Source: Neodothiora populina (Eukaryota). From it: 64,000 nt of DNA. Shown here in pieces: positions 26,901 through 38,285 of the stretch. Location: the NCBI RefSeq assembly GCF_041146345.1, contig NW_027191419.1:558001-622000 (forward strand), read 5' to 3'. Positions within the stretch are counted from its first letter, which is position 1. Each line of letters starts with the position of its first letter. The notes below the pieces were generated by a model. That model saw only the letters and a list, made by a program, of their open reading frames with translations, was not told the DNA's origin and made no database searches. The translations under genes and the position numbers were made by a program.

Positions 26901-28117
26901 ACCCAACGATCGACTTTGGTCCAACACTGATATATAAGCCGAATGCACGACCTAGCACTGGCGGGTCAATGACAACGCCTGGGTCACTGCCTCGTGAAGT
27001 AGAAGCACCCGTCGAGCAAGCTGCAGCACGATCTACGTCAAGGCTTTCGATGATGGACAAACGACGCAGCTCATACTTTGAATCCCCTCGCAAGAAAGAG
27101 AACCGCAGAAGCATTGCCTGGCAACCCGTTGCATCGACTCCTACTGAGGGGCTCGATGAGGGTCTCACTCCGGAGCAGTGGGTGCAACATCGCGCTAGCA
27201 TAGCTTCGCAACCATGGGGACAGCCTCGGCCCGGGGCGATCTCGTCGCACAAACGACGACAGTCGAGTACCAACTTGTTGAGGTCAACGAGTAAGACGCC
27301 ACCATTGAGCCGCCCTCCTTCCGGAGACTGGAGTCGGCAGCTGCGGGCGACCAGCAAGACACCGCCGCTCAGCCGTGTCCAGTCTGGTGACTGGACAAAC
27401 CAGATGCCTGGCAGGCCTCAGTCTCGCACCGCTGGCGCACATCTCAACCCGCCGAGCCCGGGCAATGTCTTGGTCAATACTCAAGCACCACATCTCTCGG
27501 CCCGGGAGCAGATGCACGTAGCCCGGGCTACCGGCTCTCCGATGCTGGGCCTGACCGGGAAGGACAGGAACAAGATGGAAGACTGCCAAGCACCTGGACT
27601 CATCGGCGCCGTGGCAGCGCGCGAGCGTGAGAAAGAGGCAATCAAGGAAGGCATGCGAAGCAGTATGGTGCAACAAGAGATAGTGCGGCGACAACAAGAG
27701 CAGGTGCAGGCGGACATGGAAGCGCAAATGCAAGCACAGTTGCAGGCACAGCAGATCGCGCAGCAACAAGCTCAAGCTTATCAGCAGCAATTACAGGCTC
27801 AGCAGAAAGCACAAGCCCAAGCGCTCGCGTACCAGCAACAGCTTCAGCAGCAACAGCAAGCTCAGGTGTACCAAATGCAGCTCCAACAGCAGCAACAGCA
27901 GCAGCCGGTCAACATGTACGGAAGCAGGCCAGCGTCGATGTACTCGATGAGTGGAGGGCAAGGTTGGGGATATGCGGCCCAGCCACAGCAGCAGCAGCAG
28001 CAGCAGCAGCAGTCTTACGGAGGTCAATCAGTGTACGGGGGTCAATCATATCCGCCGCAGCAGAACGACCTGAGACAGCAGCAGCAGCAGCAACAACAGT
28101 GGCGCCGTTACCAGTGA
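23948..28117 (+). CDS. PH-domain protein, Skg3/Caf120-like, with Q-rich C-terminus (exons 23948-23963, 24031-24411, 24465-24622, 24689-28117)
   Basis: KLYQEGYFLKLHDLD, WNECFAQLVGTVLSLWDA, NRYLLHFNSLNSLTQWTAGIRL and EDWARVRFGAGTPWRRCW. Three GT-AG introns keep the frame. Confidence 0.87.
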
Positions 28118-28662
28118 GGGTACCGGTTATGAGCGGTGGACAGTAGTCAGCTTGGGTCGAGAGAGTGTACAAATTGCAAGTTTGAAGACGGAGTTTAGCA
28201 TAGCGAAGGCGAAATATAGAGGTTGTGTTTTTTGTCAGGTATCTGAGTTCATTGAATAACGCCGTCCAAGCTTGAGTGTGTACTGTCATGTCATTCTGCG
28301 TACTGCCGAGGTAAGATAATCATCAGCTACAATACCTAATCGCCTTGGTGCAGTAATTAAGTGTTTCATGCCAGATGAAATGACGACGGGCGAGACGCGT
28401 CGACGCGATAAGACTCGGCATTTCGGAATTAAGAAAGTTTGCTGTCCCCCGGGATTCTTGGCAGAAGTGGATCTCGGGATTGTCTGCAGTTGCCTCATTT
28501 TTCTCTCTGGTGAGGGTGAAAAGAGTAAGGTGCGTTCTGATGCAATACACCTCACGCGACACTCTTTGATTATCGTTTTTCATCTATCCAAGACTTCAAC
28601 GTCTATCTCCGGCTTGCTCATCCATGACCAGCAAACTGTGATAAAGCTGGGTCTTTTCTGCA

Positions 28663-30828
28663 ATGGTGCCCGTCGTCAGCGCCCCCGCCGCCATGGCTCC
28701 TCCAGCGTTTCTGCCTCAGAAGAGCCTGAAGAGAGACGCTTCCCACCTGTCGTCGCCGCCAACGACTCCGAGACAAGGACAGGACGCAGTAATAATGCCC
28801 TCGACGACACAGAGCAAGAGACTGAAGGTGGCATTCGACGATAAAGTCGACGTACGCATACTGGATGATTGGTCGTCCAAACCGCTGGATCTGGTCAAGG
28901 AGGAGGTTCGCAGCGCTCTCGATGGCCACCATCGTTCAGGCGCTGACAAAGACGACACGGCCTACGAGCAGCTCAGGATGGTCTTTGTGAGTGCAGGCAC
29001 TTCGACCGGTCCTGACGGCCAAGTGCGCGAGGCGGACGAGTCAAGCCTGGACAAGCCGAGCACTTCGCTGCTGAAGAAATACATGATCGCCCTCGTCGGT
29101 CGAGTGGGGCATCTCAAGGCCTGCGCTAACCTCGTAGTCGCCATTCTCGATGTCAACTGGATGGGCAGGGACGATTCCCTCGTGGCGCTCTACGTTCGCT
29201 TTCTGGGAGCTCTCGGAGTCGCGGTGCCGGGATACATGAGATCCATCCTCGATAGAATCGTGCGTCACTTTGTCCATCTGCCCGCTTCGCTCGGCCGCAT
29301 TCCTGGAGAGTCACAAGTCAGTCGACAGCAGATGACGCCTCGTCTGCATAATGCCCTGCGCTACCTTCTCCGTCTTATTCCTTCAGCCAGTAGTGCTCTG
29401 GTCGAGTCGCTGCGCGCCGCCTTTCCCAACCATCACACGGCCACACGCCAGTCCTATGTCGGCTACGTCAAGAGTGCGCTCAGAGTCGTTGACTATGCTC
29501 CGGAGCTCAAGGCGGAGATTCTTACTCTTGTCACCGAGCGTCTGGTCAAGGTTGACGTCGAGGTACAAGAAGAGATTGATGAGCTGGACGACGACATTGA
29601 TGAGAAGATTGTCCTGGCGGGAAAGCAAGCTGGGCTGTCCGCCGACGTCCGTGCCGGAGACTCAGATGCTGATGACAGCGACAACGAGTCCGTCACTTCG
29701 AGTGAACTTAGCATCACTCCCGAAGAGATGCAGATCCGAGCACTTCGAGACACCGTCTCCAAGCTGGACGCCGTCCTTGATCTGCTCTTTGCTCATTACA
29801 CTACCACTTTTGCCGAGGGAAAGATCTTCCAAGTGAATGAAGCCTTTGAGCATTTGCTGTCGCAATTCGCCACCTTCGTACTGCCGACCTTCCGCTCCCG
29901 TCACACTCAGTTCCTCATCTTTCACTTCTCTCAGGCTTCACAATCCTATGCCGAGCGCTTTGCCGCTGTTCTCGTCCAGATGGCCCTCGGCAGAGGCGTC
30001 GCCTCGCATGCCGCCGTCTCCGCCGCCGCATACCTGGCCAGCTTCATCGCTCGTGGAGCCCGCATCTCCAAACACCTGATCCGCGACATCTTTGTCCTGT
30101 TGGCGAACCACCTCGATCAGATGCGCAGGGTGGCCGATCCCACTTGTCGTGGCCCTGACCTCCGCCGCTACACTTTGTTCTACGCCACCGCCCAGGCCAT
30201 GCTTTACATTTTCTGTTTCAGGTGGAGGGACTTTATCGTCTACGATGGCGATGAAGATCACCTCGAAGACTACGACATCTTCGAGGATGGAGATCCAGAA
30301 TGGATGCCTGGCATCAAGGAGACACTCACACAAGCCATCTACTCGAAGTTGAACCCTCTGAAGGTCTGCTCTCCGATGATCGTCAACCAGTTTGCTACCA
30401 TCGCCAATCATCTACGCTTCATGTACGTCATTCCCCTGCTGGAGACCAACAAGCGTCTGCGTCTTTCGTCTGTCCGTTCTCTCTCGTCTCTGTCGTCTAC
30501 CAATGGCGGCATAAGCGATATGGGAGCCGGGAGAAGAGAGACCACGCTTAGTAACAAACACGGCGAATCTCATCATCAGCTCGACGCCTTCTTTCCATTC
30601 GATCCATACCAATTACCCAAGAGCAAGCGCTGGCTCGACGGCGATTATATGGAATGGAGGAACGTGCCGGGAATGCAGGAAGACGATGACGATGAAGATG
30701 ACGACGAGAGCGACATCTCCGACAGCGACGACGAGGGTGATGATGACGACGACGACGACGACGATGATGAGGAAGAGAACGACGTCCGTGGCCTCGAGGT
30801 TGATGACTCGGCTTCGGTCAGCAGTTGA
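28663..30828 (+). CDS. RRN3: RNA polymerase I transcription initiation factor Rrn3
   Basis: ERLVKVDVEVQ, KLDAVLDLLF, LPTFRSRHTQFLIFHFSQ, AAAYLASFIARG, YIFCFRWRD, LNPLKVC and FFPFDPYQLPKS; acidic tail; single exon. Confidence 0.95.
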   Translation: MVPVVSAPAAMAPPAFLPQKSLKRDASHLSSPPTTPRQGQDAVIMPSTTQSKRLKVAFDDKVDVRILDDWSSKPLDLVKEEVRSALDGHHRSGADKDDTAYEQLRMVFVSAGTSTGPDGQVREADESSLDKPSTSLLKKYMIALVGRVGHLKACANLVVAILDVNWMGRDDSLVALYVRFLGALGVAVPGYMRSILDRIVRHFVHLPASLGRIPGESQVSRQQMTPRLHNALRYLLRLIPSASSALVESLRAAFPNHHTATRQSYVGYVKSALRVVDYAPELKAEILTLVTERLVKVDVEVQEEIDELDDDIDEKIVLAGKQAGLSADVRAGDSDADDSDNESVTSSELSITPEEMQIRALRDTVSKLDAVLDLLFAHYTTTFAEGKIFQVNEAFEHLLSQFATFVLPTFRSRHTQFLIFHFSQASQSYAERFAAVLVQMALGRGVASHAAVSAAAYLASFIARGARISKHLIRDIFVLLANHLDQMRRVADPTCRGPDLRRYTLFYATAQAMLYIFCFRWRDFIVYDGDEDHLEDYDIFEDGDPEWMPGIKETLTQAIYSKLNPLKVCSPMIVNQFATIANHLRFMYVIPLLETNKRLRLSSVRSLSSLSSTNGGISDMGAGRRETTLSNKHGESHHQLDAFFPFDPYQLPKSKRWLDGDYMEWRNVPGMQEDDDDEDDDESDISDSDDEGDDDDDDDDDDEEENDVRGLEVDDSASVSS

Positions 30829-31591
30829 TCGAGTCGTCCGTCCTTTTGCCGCTGTACAAGTCAGGCGTTGGTCTCAGCTGTGTCTCTGATACCCTCTTTT
30901 TCTTTTCAGTTCCCTTCTGCCGACCGTATTGAATTGTTCCGTTTCACAGGGTACGTTTTCTATTATTTCTATCTTTTATGGTTTGCAGCTTTGGTAAGGC
31001 GTTCCAGGAGAACGCTATGAGTGTGCTAGGGGCTGTTTCGTTCTTATAGTGTGTGGTTGGAAGCGGTATAAGGGGTGTTCTACATGGGTCCAGGGTTTTT
31101 TTCCGCCATACCTTCGTTATATCTACAAAGCATGGGTAGTTTCAGGCGCATGGCTGTGCATTGTTTCGTTTTCCTCGTCAGCAGCAATGGCTTGCAAGGG
31201 ACAAAGGTATATGGGAAGGGCGAAAATCCAAATACGGGATGGTACGACTTGATGGTCTTGTTTTGGTCTGTATCAATATTCTAGCTTTTTCTAGCTTTGG
31301 CATATAGGCGTGGGATAAAGAAATTAAATGAACCGGAGATGTCATGATCCAAATTGAGTTGATCAAGGTTCCAGAGCTTTATATCTATCGATTTGTCGTA
31401 GTGGTATTCTTTTCATATATCATGTCTGCGATTTTCGTAACTATACCGACTTGCTATCCCACCGTTCCCAAAGAAAGAAATCCATACTCGTTAAACAAGA
31501 CACCCCCATAGATCTCTCGTCCCTCTCTTCTCTGCCGTCATCACCCATCCACCCCAATATCATCTCCATGACATCACAACCCCCTCCCCCA

Positions 31592-32184
31592 TCAAATACC
31601 AAGCGGATTACTCCCACTACCCCTGCCCGCGGCATGCACATTCCCCCCCGACCCAGCAAGCAATTTACCGCCAGGCAGCAATCCCTTCGCAGAGCCCATA
31701 CCCCCAATACCCAGGGGATTTCCAGCAGTAGGAACTCTGGGCCCACCCGCGCGCACGGCGTCTTTTATATCGTTGCCGTAGCCCGCGACGCCCTGGCCCC
31801 AGTAGCGCGTTGTGGAGGCAATACTGTTTTCGCAGCATTGTCGTCAGTTGGTGGAGATGGAGGTGGGAAGGAAGAGGGCAGGGCAGTCAGTCAGTCTTAC
31901 CTGTTCCCGATTCCGCGTCCGACCGACGATACACCGTTGCCGACGCCGTAGGCTACGCTGCCTACTGCGGAGCCGGCGCCCGCGATGGTGTTCTGTACTC
32001 TTTGGTTCACCCAGTTGCCAGTTGGAGCTGGGGCGGAGGTCTTGGGTTTTGGTTTTGTGGCTGTTGATGAGGGGGTTGTTTTCTTTACTGCTGAGGCGGG
32101 GGTTTTTGTGAGGGATTTGGAGGTCGGGACGAGGGCTTTGGAGGTTGAGAGGGGCTGGTTTTTGGGTTGGGTTCGGGTTGACAT
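31592..32184 (-). CDS. Small Gly/Ala-rich uncharacterised fungal protein (exons 31901-32184, 31592-31823)
   Basis: GTAAGA..CAG intron 31824-31900 joins in frame: ...GVSSVGRGIGNSIASTTRYWGQGVAGYGNDIKDAVRAGGPRVPTAGNPLGI...SNPLGI*. Confidence 0.72.
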
Positions 32185-33555
32185 GATTGAGTTGTTGTTT
32201 GTTTAGCTATTGTGGTTTGGATAGGGAGTTGTTGGCTCTGTTTTTTGGTATATTTGGAAATTGGTATGTAGGGTATAAATGTGTCGGATACAGAAAGCCT
32301 TTCCTGACTTGATTTACAGTAAGGTAGAAGAGAGGTACTTGTAAGTGGATATGGTCTAGAAGCACGACGATATGTACCGATCGATGGTTAGAAAACCATT
32401 ACTATGACCACTCTCCACCTTGACAACTTTCCAAGTTTATCACTCTGGCGTAGCACCTCACAGGGACAAAGATCAGCATTGCGGGGGCACACAGACTGGC
32501 CAGCTAGCTCTCACAGCCAGCCTTGCAGGAGGCGAAAAAAAGTCACCACATTATCATCCACTTCTTGCTCGCCATATTGCTTGTACAGAAGTACTGCTGC
32601 CGCACGTCGTTTCTGGCAAAGCTGCAGGGTGAGATATCACTGACGTCAGATCTTACCGCGCTCACACCTCATCCCTGTACAAAAATACCGTCGCGTGAAC
32701 ACACGGACCTGGTGGCATACCCTGTACTTAGTCCCCGTCCGCACACGCACAAAACGCACAAAACAGTGACATCTGCACTCAAACCTTAACCCGATATGAG
32801 AATCGGGACCCAGTATTGCCGACGTCAATTCAGGGTCAGAGTCGTCAGTCAGGGCAAGCAACACAAGCAAGCCCCTCCGCCGCCGCCCCCCCCCCCCCAG
32901 AATAACACTTTCCGTACCTGAACCCTTAATGCTGCTGTTGCTGTCACTGCACTGCAGACTTTAGCTCACCCGCCGCCGCGCCCGCGTCCTAACTTGAACG
33001 AGTACGAGAAGAGAGAAAGCCGACCGACGTCCAGGGCTGGCCCAGGCCAACTCGTGTGCTGCTAATTACTGCACTGCAGCTGTTCTTGCTTCGCTCGCTC
33101 GCTCGAACCCGCCCAGAAATAACACAACAGAGCCGCAAAAAGTTCCCACCGATCCGCAGGGCGTAGTAACAAATCCACACGTCAAAACGTCGAGTTGTTT
33201 CTCCAGAGGTCTCGCATGAGTTGTTGGTTTTTTGCTCTGCGTATACACGGCCCTTGACTAAAAGAAAGTAAGAAGCCACATTACTTGTTACGGATAATGC
33301 CACAACCAAGCATCCCCAAAGCTAACATTGTGGACAGGACTTTTGCTCTTCTGCCGTTGCTGTTGCTGAACCACTGTGTCCGTGTGCGATCATCCTGGAA
33401 TCTCCAAAGGCGTGGTAGTGGTGGCAGCTGCTCGTTGGGTGTTTTTTTGGTCGTCTTCTCTCACCAGAGATGCATCTATTTAGGTCTTGTTGCTTTGCTG
33501 TGTGTTAGCAAGTCACAAGATATTGGAGAAGAAAAAAGAAAAGAGGGTCGTTGTC

Positions 33556-33588
33556 CTTCTTCTTCTTCTTCTTCTTCTTCTTCTTCTT
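33556..33588. repeat. (CTT)11 microsatellite in the putative kinase 5' leader
   Basis: Read directly. Confidence 0.9.
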
Positions 33589-34265
33589 TCTAGGGAATCA
33601 TCTCTTTCTATTTCCCGTCTGGTCTGGGATTTATATTGCATTGGTACGTGAGTAATACATCATTTTTTCTTTTGTTTATGGATTACACCGCTTAACTAAG
33701 CATGTGTCCCTGGATCTCGTGCGTCGCATGCACAATTCGACTAGAGGCTCTTCAAGCATTGAAAGAGACTTGCTATTATGGTATATGTTCTATTCGCTGA
33801 TGCTTCACAGAACAAGGCCAGTCCGCTCGTTATAGCTCCCGCCAATTCGCTACATCTCTACTGCTCGATATCGTAAGTGCTTACTGTCTTTGTTTACTTT
33901 TTGATTCTATAAAGCGTCTCCCTTAGATCTCGCCACTCCGAGCCTGCGCTGTGTTTGGTCCCTTTCATTGCAGAAACCACCAGAGGTGGGCTCGGAGCAG
34001 ACCACATCCGGTAGACAGAGCTGGTATCTCACCACACCATATGTCTGGTGGCGAGTTCATTCTGCAGGATACAGCCGCGTCTGTCTGCGGTTCACGCTAG
34101 ACACACAGTCCATGATAAACAATGTCGCCAGACCGCCGTCCTGGACATAGTCGGTCTAAGATCTTGAGCAAGCAATTTTGACAGTTGATTTATAGGTCTC
34201 GCTCATATCTGATCTCATCACACACTTCTGCCTGAACCCCACCAACCCCTTTCATTTTCGACAAA

Positions 34266-37200
34266 ATGAATTCCGATAGTCTCGATCCGTTCTCTGCGGT
34301 CGGCACCAAGTCCAAGCAAGTCCAAGATGCCAAGGATATGATGCAGATGATCACGGAGCGTGCTTCTCGAACGGGTACTGCAGTACCAGACTATACCTTT
34401 CTTGAACTCATCGGAAAGGGCTCGTTTGGCAGAGTGTATAAGTGGTAAGTATGCGCACTTCTCACCTCAGTACGAGCTCATCTAACAGCTTCTATAGTGA
34501 GAGAAACGATACGCGGGAGGTAGTGGCCGTCAAGATCATCGATGTCGATGATCTAGATTACAGACTCGATAACACACAGAAAGATGAAGCGATAGCAGAC
34601 TTCACAAAGGAAGTCAGTACGCTAAAGCATCTAAAGGACAGTCGGGCAAAGAACATCAATTACATCCAAGAAGCCTTCGATCTCCATTCTCAGCTCTGGA
34701 TCGTCAGTGACTATTGCCCAGGCGGCAGTGTACATACCTTGATGAAGGCAGTTCCTAGCGGCGCAGGTCTGGAGGAACACTTTATCATCCCAATCGCGCG
34801 CGAACTTGCTGTGGCTCTGAAATATGTCCACGAAGCGGGTGTCATTCACAGAGATGTCAAATGTGGCAACATATTGATTTCGGAGCAGGGTGACGTGCAG
34901 CTATGTGACTTTGGTGTTGCCGGAGTCATGGAAGGTCAGACGTCCAAACGTTCTACCATAATAGGAACCCCGTTCTGGATGCCACCGGAGATGCATAGCA
35001 TGGAACCCGACTCGCAAGAAGGTTACGGCACCGAAGTAGACTGCTGGGCATTTGGCTGCACAGTCTACGAAATGGCCACAGGCATGCCCCCAAACCACAA
35101 GTTCCATCCCTCAATGTTGCGGACGGTGCTCAAGGCAGCCCCACGTTTAGGTGACGGTGACTTTTCCCAGGACCTGCGAGACTTTGTTGCCTTCTGCCTA
35201 AAAGAAAACCCACAGGAGCGGCCGACAGCTCGACAGATCCTAGAACATCACTACATTGCGGACACTTACGAGCAGTATCCCACCAACTCACTGAGACAGA
35301 TGATCGATCGCTACGTACAGTGGGAGCAAAAAGGCGGACAGCGTGCATCTTTATTTAACCCATACGGAGCAGCCGCGCCTCAACTTTCAGAGGAGTCTGA
35401 AGGTGATTTTGACGACTGGAACTTTAGCACGACTGAGAGCTTCAACAAAGACTTCGCCCACAGATACAGCCAGCTTGGCGTAGATACAGCAGACTTTGCG
35501 TTGCCTGAAGCAGGAAATGACAAAGGAGTTCCTGCGGTGGAGTCCAGGGGCTACAAACCATTTGAGGAGGTCCAAGAAGACATCAAGGCGAAAAGAGGTG
35601 AAAAGTCGATGCAGAGACTCTTCGATCCGGATGCGTCGCCTTACGACTACAACGAGCCGGTCGAAGACGATGAGCAGCCTCTCTCGGATCTACCCCTGAG
35701 GAACCTGCCAAGTAACGGCGCAGCTAATCGCGAGACACTCATCGACCTCGACATGGGCGGTTCCGAGCTCGACTTGCAGCCTGCTTTCAACTTTGACTTT
35801 GGTGATGTGCCCACCTTGAAGGCAGCCCGCCCTCCACGCGCCTCGCTTCTTGCAGATGATGACGATAACGAAGACTACGATTTCACAATTGATGCGCAAA
35901 ACGGTAAACGTGCGACGCGAGAATGGAAGATGCCTTGGAGCGCGGATCCCGAGCCAGAGCCTATGCCGGAGCCCTTAGCCAACGAAAATGCGAATCGCAA
36001 AACACTCGATTGGCAGATGCCTTGGGGTGGTGAGACTTCCTTGACGGAAAAGCCACAGAATCGCCGCACCCAAGACTGGTCTTTCCCTCTCAGTGAGATT
36101 GCCACGGAGAATCCTAGTCGTCGCACTCAAGACTGGACGTTTGCTACAGCTGAGGTCTCTGAGGCGGCAGTGGATGCAGGCAACGAATTTACGTTTCCGC
36201 CAGCACAGAGTGAAGATGACATCAACCCGGGCTTTCGACCTATGCTGACCAGGACTGCAACTGAACCGATAGGACAGTTCAAGGACTTCTTGCACCCGCC
36301 AGCACAAATAACACTCACCAGCGAGAACGACACGAGGAGCGTCCGTGACTCTACGCCCATGATCGATCTCGACATGGCTTCTGGACCGAATTTCGACGTG
36401 AACTTTGACTTGGACGATGACAACACCATGACCATGCACCGAAACGATCACGGTGCTTCCCCAGCCGTCAGCCTGGCTGGATCGACGGAGACACGACGGA
36501 ACCCCTTCTTCCTCGCCGACGTCGACAGAGTGATGGAAGAAGAGAATAAGAGGTCTTCCCACCGCCAATCACGTTCTGAACCGCAGCTGCTGGCTGCGCC
36601 ATCCATACTTGGCGATCGCCCGATCCACTCTCGTGGGCCCAGCACCGAGTCAATTGTTCGTTTGAGTAGAGATCGTGGCTTCTCGCTCTCATCAACGGCG
36701 TCATCAGACGTTGTCGACAGCAACTGGGGACGGGACTATAATCGTAGGCTGACCGAACACACACGCGAACAGCTGATGAATGATCTGCACGATTCAGCGA
36801 TTGCTGCCCGTCCCATGATGGGTCTGCACTCGCGGATGAACTCGTTTGACGACACAGACGTGGACAGTGTTGGTCCGACTGGAGTGCACATGCCTGAACA
36901 AGACGATGCAGACTACCCGATGGCCGGGATGAGGCCTTTGCGCAGCGTGTCGGCGCTCGGCCACAACATGGATGATGGCGCACATGGCGACCTTGACATG
37001 CGAAGCGGTCGAGCTCGAGCAGGGACCGGTGGTACAACGACGACGATGGCCACAAGCAACGGCTATGACTCTGACTCGTACTATCAGCCGCGTCGCAGCA
37101 TGAGGATGCCCATCTTCCCTCGCGTGCTCGCACCAGACCCAGAAGCGCTGGGCGAGATGGCAGACCAAGACCTTGTCGACCAAGAGCTGGACAGACTCCT

Positions 37201-37336
37201 TGATGATTTACAGAACGGACTCGGGGCTGCAGCCGAGGCGTTCAACAGACGTGAACGAGAGCTCAGCGGAGCCGACGAGCCAGAAGACATGAATCAGCAT
37301 TTCCGAGGATTCGGCAGCGAGGGAGATGGAGAGTAA
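34266..37336 (+). CDS. STE20/GCK-family Ser/Thr kinase, Kic1/Nak1/POD6-like (RAM/MOR network); intron 34445-34497
   Basis: LIGKGSFGRVYK, VAVKII, HRDVKCGNIL, DFG and KRSTIIGTPFWMPPE. The long acidic tail contains DDWNF. Confidence 0.9.
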
Positions 37337-37410
37337 TGTGAAATACAAGGCGCTGGGCTGTATGGAATTTGCATAGCACGAAAACAGGCGTTGGTGGTGA
37401 ACATGGTACG

Positions 37411-37460
37411 GCAAGGCAAGGCAAGGCAAGGCAAGGCAAGGCAAGGCAAGGCATGGCATG
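37411..37460. repeat. (GCAAG)8(GCATG)2 microsatellite in the kinase 3' region
   Basis: Read directly; explains the spurious LALPC/RQGKA ORFs. Confidence 0.92.
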
Positions 37461-38285
37461 GGTTGGAATTGTGTGTTTTCTGGTCTATGGAGCAGTGTTA
37501 TGCACTGATTGTTGACTACAACAGGAGGGGATGCATTCGACGCAAGTTTATCGCAACAAGGGGACGTTTCGGACACATTCGAATTACAATAGGTACAGCT
37601 ACAAAAGGTACGTAATGGCATGGACAATGGCTATTCTCCTCCATAGCTGTATTGATATTGATTTGCCACAATAAGGTAGGTATTGGTCTACCACAACAGG
37701 CTATTGCATGCGCAATGTCAGTCGTTGTGTGGTGCTCTGTAATTATTGTTCTCCAGGTCAGTTATGCAAATATTGTACATCATAAAAGTGCGTTGTGTGC
37801 GTGTGCGTGCGCGGCGGAAAGAGAGAGTGGGAAGTTCTTGGCAGACGACGCTTGGGTCATGTCATCTTTGATTACCCCAGATTTGCTCGACGGCTCCTGC
37901 CCTGATTAGATTCCCATTGTTCGCATCTTGATGCAGACTTGCTCCGAAACTCTCCACAATCTAATCCCCGTCACTTACTATCCTTTTCTCCTTACATTCG
38001 TCTGTCCAGCATGATCAGTCTGGAATTTCCCTACCATCTACTCTGACTGCAGGCTCACTGGTAATCCCCTCGTGTCTGGGAACACACCTGATCCTTCGGA
38101 CACATCCAGCATAGCGCAGGCGCGAAGAAGAGGAGTCAACGCGTACGCAAGAGAAGGGACAAGGAAGAGATCGGTCAAGACAAGACATCGACAAGGAGTC
38201 CCACCCCTTCGGCCATCCTTCTTTTACACTCTGTGGGCTTCAAGCAAGGCACAGACGACATCCCAACATCTGGTTGGGGCTTCAC

